Shown: one piece after another, positions 56,101 through 64,000 of the stretch
How positions within the stretch are numbered: the stretch's first letter is position 1
How the letters are laid out: every line of letters begins with the position of its first letter
From: Auanema rhodensis
Taxonomy: Eukaryota > Animalia > Nematoda
Length of the DNA stretch: 64,000 nt
Reading direction: 5' to 3'
NCBI GenBank assembly: GCA_964057225.1
Contig: OZ059900.1
Span: forward strand, 24,552,001-24,616,000
Notes under the pieces: model-generated
The model's input: only the letters and a program-made list of their open reading frames with translations
Databases searched by the model: none
What the model was told of the DNA's origin: nothing
Program-made: the position numbers and the translations under genes

Positions 56101-59100
56101 ATGCTAATTTCCTTAATTTTCTAACCCCTGTTTTTTTGTCGTGAAAGTGGAACTAGACGTTGTACGAACAATTTTGAGCTAGGTTTCATTGACATTGCAT
56201 GAGTTTGAACACATGAAATCGTAAGTCAAAACCTTGTTTACAGCGAAATTTCCAAAAACTGGTTTTCCAGCATAATAAAATATTTCTCATGGGAAATACT
56301 GTGTTTTTGTATTTTTCTAGTGTTCAGCATGTAAAATGCTTCATTTTAGTATGTAACACGCTGAAATTCGTTGCATTTGACGACTCATATGAACAAAAAT
56401 CGATTTAATCAATATTAGCCATAAGGGGCGTGCCCTCAGAATATGCTAATTTCCTTAATTTTCTAACCCCTGTTTTTTTGTCGTGAAAGTGGAACTAGAC
56501 GTTGTACGAACAATTTTGAGCTAGGTTTCATTGACATTGCATGAGTTTGAACACATGGAATCGTAAGTCAAAACCTTGTTTACAGCGAAATTTCCAAAAA
56601 CTGGTTTTCCAGCATAATAAAATATTTCTCATGGGAAATACTGTGTTTTTGTATTTTTCTAGTGTTCAGCATGTAAAATGCTTCATTTTAGTATGTAACA
56701 CGCTGAAAGTCGTTGCATTTGACGACTCATATGAACAAAAATCGATTTAATCAATATTAGCCATAAGGGGCGTGCCCTCAGAATATGCTAATTTCCTTAG
56801 TTTTCTATCCCCTGTTTTTTTGTCGTGAAAGTGGAACTAGACGTTGTACGAACAATTTTGAGCTAGGTTTCATTGACATTGCATGAGTTTGAACACATGA
56901 AATCGTAAGTCAAAACCTTGTTTACAGCGAAATTTCCAAAAACTGGTTTTCCAGCATAATAAAATATTTCTCATGGGAAATACTATGTTTTTGTATTTTT
57001 CTAGTGTTCAGCATGTAAAATGCTTCATTTTAGTATGTAACACGCTGAAAGTCGTTGCATTTGACGACTCATATGAACAAAAATCGATTTAATCAATATT
57101 AGCCATAAGGGGCGTGCCCTCAGAATATGCTAATTTCCTTAATTTTCTAACCCCTGTTTTTTTGTCGTGAAAGTGGAACTAGACGTTGTACGAACAATTT
57201 TGAGCTAGGTTTCATTGACATTGCATGAGTTTGAACACATGAAATCGTAAGTCAAAACCTTGTTTACAGCGAAATTTCCAAAAACTGGTTTTCCAGCATA
57301 ATAAAATATTTCTCATGGGAAATACTGTGTTTTTGTATTTTTCTAGTGTTCAGCATGTAAAATGCTTCATTTTAGTATGTAACACGCTGAAATTCGTTGC
57401 ATTTGACGACTCATATGAACAAAAATCGATTTAATCAATATTAGCCATAAAGGGCGTGCCCTCAGAATATGCTAATTTCCTTAATTTTCTAACCCTTGTT
57501 TTTTTGTCGTGAAAGTGGAACTAGACGTTGTACGAACAATTTTGAGCTAGGTTTCATTGACATTGCATGAGTTTGAACACATGAAATCGTAAGTCAAAAC
57601 CTTGTTTACAGCGAAATTTCCAAAAACTGGTTTTCCAGCATAATAAAATATTTCTCATGGGAAATACTGTGTTTTTGTATTTTTCTAGTGTTCAGCATGT
57701 AAAATGCTTCATTTTAGTATGTAACATGCTGAAATTCGTTGCATTTGACGACTCATATGAACAAAAATCGATTTAATCAATATTAGCCATAAGGGGCGTG
57801 CCCTCAGAATATGCTAATTTCCTTAATTTTCTAACCCCTGTTTTTTTGTCGTGAAAGTGGAACTAGACGTTGTACGAACAATTTTGAGCTAGGTTTCATT
57901 GACATTGCATGAGTTTGAACACATGAAATCGTAAGTCAAAACCTTGTTTACAGCGAAATTTCCAAAAACTGGTTTTCCAGCATAATAAAATATTTCTCAT
58001 GGGAAATACTGTGTTTTTGTATTTTTCTAGTGTTCAGCATGTAAAATGCTTCATTTTAGTATGTAACACGCTGAAATTCGTTGCATTTGACGACTCATAT
58101 GAACAAAAATCGATTTAATCAATATTAGCCATAAGGGGCGTGCCCTCAGAATATGCTAATTTCCTTAATTTTCTAACCCCTGTTTTTTTGTCGTGAAAGT
58201 GGAACTAGACGTTGTACGAACAATTTTGAGCTAGGTTTCATTGACATTGCATGAGTTTGAACACATGAAATCGTAAGTCAAAACCTTGTTTACAGCGAAA
58301 TTTCCAAAAACTGGTTTTCCAGCATAATAAAATATTTCTCATGGGAAATACTGTGTTTTTGTATTTTTCTAGTGTTCAGCATGTAAAATGCTTCATTTTA
58401 GTATGTAACACGCTGAAATTCGTTGCATTTGACGACTCATATGAACAAAACTCGATTTAATCAATATTAGCCATAAGGGGCGTGCCCTCAGAATATGCTA
58501 ATTTCCTTAATTTTCTAACCCCTGTTTTTTTGTCGTGAAAGTGGAACTAGACGTTGTACGAACAATTTTGAGCTAGGTTTCATTGACATTGCATGAGTTT
58601 GAACACATGAAATCGTAAGTCAAAACCTTGTTTACAGCGAAATTTCCAAAAACTGGTTTTCCAGCATAATAAAATATTTCTCATGGGAAATACTGTGTTT
58701 TTGTATTTTTCTAGTGTTCAGCATGTAAAATGCTTCATTTTAGTATGTAACTCGCTGAAATTCGTTGCATTTGACGACTCATATGAACAAAAATCGATTT
58801 AATCAATATTAGCCATAAGGGGCGTGCCCTCAGAATATGCTAATTTCCTTAATTTTCTAACCCCTGTTTTTTTGTCGTGAAAGTGGAACTAGACGTTGTA
58901 CGAACAATTTTGAGCTAGGTTTCATTGACATTGCATGAGTTTGAACACATGAAATCGTAAGTCAAAACCTTGTTTACAGCGAAATTTCCAAAAACTGGTT
59001 TTCCAGCATAATAAAATATTTCTCATGGGAAATACTGTGTTTTTGTATTTTTCTAGTGTTCAGCATGTAAAATGCTTCATTTTAGTATGTAACACGCTGA

Positions 59101-62100
59101 AATTCGTTGCATTTGACGACTCATATGAACAAAAATCGATTTAATCAATATTAGCCATAAGGGGCGTGCCCTCAGAATATGCTAATTTCCTTAATTTTCT
59201 AACCCCTGTTTTTTTGTCGTGAAAGTGGAACTAGACGTTGTACGAACAATTTTGAGCTAGGTTTCATTGACATTGCATGAGTTTGAACACATGAAATCGT
59301 AAGTCAAAACCTTGTTTACAGCGAAATTTCCAAAAACTGGTTTTCCAGCATAATAAAATATTTCTCATGGGAAATACTGTGTTTTTGTATTTTTCTAGTG
59401 TTCAGCATGTAAAATGCTTCATTTTAGTATGTAACACGCTGAAATTCGTTGCATTTGACGACTCATATGAACAAAAATCGATTTAATCAATATTAGCCAT
59501 AAGGGGCGTGCCCTCAGAATATGCTAATTTCCTTAATTTTCTAACCCTTGTTTTTTTGTCGTGAAAGTGGAACTAGACGTTGTACGAACAATTTTGAGCT
59601 AGGTTTCATTGACATTGCATGAGTTTGAACACATGAAATCGTAAGTCAAAACCTTGTTTACAGCGAAATTTCCAAAAACTGGTTTTCCAGCATAATAAAA
59701 TATTTCTCATGGGAAATACTGTGTTTTTGTATTTTTCTAGTGTTCAGCATGTAAAATGCTTCATTTTAGTATGTAACATGCTGAAATTCGTTGCATTTGA
59801 CGACTCATATGAACAAAAATCGATTTAATCAATATTAGCCATAAGGGGCGTGCCCTCAGAATATGCTAATTTCCTTAATTTTCTAACCCCTGTTTTTTTG
59901 TCGTGAAAGTGGAACTAGACGTTGTACGAACAATTTTGAGCTAGGTTTCATTGACATTGCATGAGTTTGAACACATGAAATCGTAAGTCAAAACCTTGTT
60001 TACAGCGAAATTTCCAAAAACTGGTTTTCCAGCATAATAAAATATTTCTCATGGGAAATACTGTGTTTTTGTATTTTTCTAGTGTTCAGCATGTAAAATG
60101 CTTCATTTTAGTATGTAACACGCTGAAATTCGTTGCATTTGACGACTCATATGAACAAAAATCGATTTAATCAATATTAGCCATAAGGGGCGTGCCCTCA
60201 GAATATGCTAATTTCCTTAATTTTCTAACCCCTGTTTTTTTGTCGTGAAAGTGGAACTAGACGTTGTACGAACAATTTTGAGCTAGGTTTCATTGACATT
60301 GCATGAGTTTGAACACATGAAATCGTAAGTCAAAACCTTGTTTACAGCGAAATTTCCAAAAACTGGTTTTCCAGCATAATAAAATATTTCTCATGGGAAA
60401 TACTGTGTTTTTGTATTTTTCTAGTGTTCAGCATGTAAAATGCTTCATTTTAGTAAGTAACATGCTGAAATTCGTTGCATTTGACGACTCATATGAACAA
60501 AAATCGATTTAATCAATATTAGCCATAAGGGGCGTGCCCTCAGAATATGCTAATTTCCTTAATTTTCTAACCCCTGTTTTTTTGTCGTGAAAGTGGAACT
60601 AGACGTTGTACGAACAATTTTGAGCTAGGTTTCATTGACATTGCATGAGTTTGAACACATGAAATCGTAAGTCAAAACCTTGTTTACAGCGAAATTTCCA
60701 AAAACTGGTTTTCCAGCATAATAAAATATTTCTCATGGGAAATACTGTGTTTTTGTATTTTTCTAGTGTTCAGCATGTAAAATGCTTCATTTTAGTATGT
60801 AACACGCTGAAATTCGTTGCATTTGACGACTCATATGAACAAAAATCGATTTAATCAATATTAGCCATAAGGGGCGTGCCCTCAGAATATGCTAATTTCC
60901 TTAATTTTCTAACCCCTGTTTTTTTGTCGTGAAAGTGGAACTAGACGTTGTACGAACAATTTTGAGCTAGGTTTCATTGACATTGCATGAGTTTGAACAC
61001 ATGAAATCGTAAGTCAAAACCTTGTTTACAGCGAAATTTCCAAAAACTGGTTTTCCAGCATAATAAAATATTTCTCATGGGAAATACTGTGTTTTTGTAT
61101 TTTTCTAGTGTTCAGCATGTAAAATGCTTCATTTTAGTATGTAACACGCTGAAATTCGTTGCATTTGACGACTCATATGAACAAAAATCGATTTAATCAA
61201 TATTAGCCATAAGGGGCGTGCCCTCAGAATATGCTAATTTCCTTAATTTTCTAACCCTTGTTTTTTTGTCGTGAAAGTGGAACTAGACGTTGTACGAACA
61301 ATTTTGAGCTAGGTTTCATTGACATTGCATGAGTTTGAACACATGAAATCGTAAGTCAAAACCTTGTTTACAGCGAAATTTCCAAAAACTGGTTTTCCAG
61401 CATAATAAAATATTTCTCATGGGAAATACTGTGTTTTTGTATTTTTCTAGTGTTCAGCATGTAAAATGCTTCATTTTAGTATGTAACACGCTGAAATTCG
61501 TTGCATTTGACGACTCATATGAACAAAAATCGATTTAATCAATATTAGCCATAAGGGGCGTGCCCTCAGAATATGCTAATTTCCTTAATTTTCTAACCCC
61601 TGTTTTTTTGTCGTGAAAGTGGAACTAGACGTTGTACGAACAATTTTGAGCTAGGTTTCATTGACATTGCATGAGTTTGAACACATGAAATCGTAAGTCA
61701 AAACCTTGTTTACAGCGAAATTTCCAAAAACTGGTTTTCCAGCATAATAAAATATTTCTCATGGGAAATACTGTGTTTTTGTATTTTTCTAGTGTTCAGC
61801 ATGTAAAATGCTTCATTTTAGTATGTAACACGCTGAAATTCGTTGCATTTGACGACTCATATGAACAAAAATCGATTTAATCAATATTAGCCATAAGGGG
61901 CGTGCCCTCAGAATATGCTAATTTCCTTAATTTTCTAACCCCTGTTTTTTTGTCGTGAAAGTGGAACTAGACGTTGTACGAACAATTTTGAGCTAGGTTT
62001 CATTGACATTGCATGAGTTTGAACACATGAAATCGTAAGTCAAAACCTTGTTTACAGCGAAATTTCCAAAAACTGGTTTTCCAGCATAATAAAATATTTC

Positions 62101-64000
62101 TCATGGGAAATACTGTGTTTTTGTATTTTTCTAGTGTTCAGCATGTAAAATGCTTCATTTTAGTATGTAACTCGCTGAAATTCGTTGCATTTGACGACTC
62201 ATATGAACAAAAATCGATTTAATCAATATTAGCCATAAGGGGCGTGCCCTCAGAATATGCTAATTTCCTTAATTTTCTAACCCTTGTTTTTTTGTCGTGA
62301 AAGTGGAACTAGACGTTGTACGAACAATTTTGAGCTAGGTTTCATTGACATTGCATGAGTTTGAACACATGAAATCGTAAGTCAAAACCTTGTTTACAGC
62401 GAAATTTCCAAAAACTGGTTTTCCAGCATAATAAAATATTTCTCATGGGAAATACTGTGTTTTTGTATTTTTCTAGTGTTCAGCATGTAAAATGCTTCAT
62501 TTTAGTATGTAACACGCTGAAATTCGTTGCATTTGACGACTCATATGAACAAAAATCGATTTAATCAATATTAGCCATAAGGGGCGTGCCCTCAGAATAT
62601 GCTAATTTCCTTAATTTTCTAACCCTTGTTTTTTTGTCGTGAAAGTGGAACTAGACGTTGTACGAACAATTTTGAGCTAGGTTTCATTGACATTGCATGA
62701 GTTTGAACACATGAAATCGTAAGTCAAAACCTTGTTTACAGCGAAATTTCCAAAAACTGGTTTTCCAGCATAATAAAATATTTCTCATGGGAAATACTGT
62801 GTTTTTGTATTTTTCTAGTGTTCAGCATGTAAAATGCTTCATTTTAGTATGTAACACGCTGAAATTCGTTGCATTTGACGACTCATATGAACAAAAATCG
62901 ATTTAATCAATATTAGCCATAAGGGGCGTGCCCTCAGAATATGCTAATTTCCTTAATTTTCTAACCCCTGTTTTTTTGTCGTGAAAGTGGAACTAGACGT
63001 TGTACGAACAATTTTGAGCTAGGTTTCATTGACATTGCATGAGTTTGAACACATGAAATCGTAAGTCAAAACCTTGTTTACAGCGAAATTTCCAAAAACT
63101 GGTTTTCCAGCATAATAAAATATTTCTCATGGGAAATACTGTGTTTTTGTATTTTTCTAGTGTTCAGCATGTAAAATGCTTCATTTTAGTAAGTAACATG
63201 CTGAAATTCGTTGCATTTGACGACTCATATGAACAAAAATCGATTTAATCAATATTAGCCATAAGGGGCGTGCCCTCAGAATATGCTAATTTCCTTAATT
63301 TTCTAACCCCTGTTTTTTTGTCGTGAAAGTGGAACTAGACGTTGTACGAACAATTTTGAGCTAGGTTTCATTGACATTGCATGAGTTTGAACACATGAAA
63401 TCGTAAGTCAAAACCTTGTTTACAGCGAAATTTCCAAAAACTGGTTTTCCAGCATAATAAAATATTTCTCATGGGAAATACTGTGTTTTTGTATTTTTCT
63501 AGTGTTCAGCATGTAAAATGCTTCATTTTAGTATGTAACACTCTGAAATTCGTTGCATTTGACGACTCATATGAACAAAAATCGATTTAATCAATATTAG
63601 CCATAAGGGGCGTGCCCTCAGAATATGCTAATTTCCTTAATTTTCTAACCCCTGTTTTTTTGTCGTGAAAGTGGAACTAGACGTTGTACAAACAATTTTG
63701 AGCTAGGTTTCATTGACATTGCATGAGTTTGAACACATGAAATCGTAAGTCAAAACCTTGTTTACAGCGAAATTTCCAAAAACTGGTTTTCCAGCATAAT
63801 AAAATATTTCTCATGGGAAATACTGTGTTTTTGTATTTTTCTAGTGTTCAGCATGTAAAATGCTTCATTTTAGTATGTAACACGCTGAAATTCGTTGCAT
63901 TTGACGACTCATATGAACAAAAATCGATTTAATCAATATTAGCCATAAGGGGCGTGCCCTCAGAATATGCTAATTTCCTTAATTTTCTAACCCTTGTTTT

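Larger units (their letters stand above)
5800..64000. repeat. Satellite DNA array, 342-bp monomer, right of gap (about 170 monomers, runs off the window end)
   Basis: Monomer starts at 5873+342k for k=0..169; the last start, 63671, equals 5873+169x342 exactly. Same consensus and orientation as the left block. Confidence 0.99.

Noticed and set aside
53805-56750. Two 69-aa ORFs (MSLNTWNRK...)
   Set aside because: Caused by the single SNV A70G (TGA>TGG) in two monomers. A70G and A262T together would open a 95-codon frame, but they never co-occur here and nothing supports coding.
1-64000. CRISPR array or repeat-spacer system
   Set aside because: There are no unique spacers; the entire 342 bp is repeated, and no cas or other genes are present.
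1-64000. Tandem RNA gene cluster (5S rRNA, tRNA, snRNA, spliced leader)
   Set aside because: I cannot recognise a 5S, tRNA cloverleaf, snRNA or SL sequence on either strand. The T7 run alone is not evidence of a Pol III gene. An Infernal/Rfam scan would settle it.

Overview
The whole window is one head-to-tail tandem array of a 342-bp AT-rich monomer (about 34% GC by hand count), roughly 186 copies. A single 200-N assembly gap interrupts it at 5600-5799. Monomers differ from the consensus by only 0-5 substitutions each, and I see no indels: the 342-bp register holds exactly over 1-5599 and over 5800-64000. This looks like a highly homogenised eukaryotic satellite DNA. Centromeric or pericentromeric is the most likely role, but that is inference, and I cannot name the family or organism. 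I find no credible genes, RNA genes, mobile elements or CRISPR; the listed ORFs are gap artefacts or single-base stop-loss variants of the monomer. The real structure is in the order of diagnostic SNVs, which shows nested higher-order duplications: 2-, 3- and 4-mers, a 16/17-mer, a 22-mer block at 8550-bp period, and an older repeat about 41-43 kb apart. The variant pools also differ on each side of the gap. Variant positions are monomer coordinates (position 1 = G of GTGGAACTAG; post-gap monomers start at 5873+342k) and were catalogued by eye, so a few may be missed. I did not find a novel gene system here.
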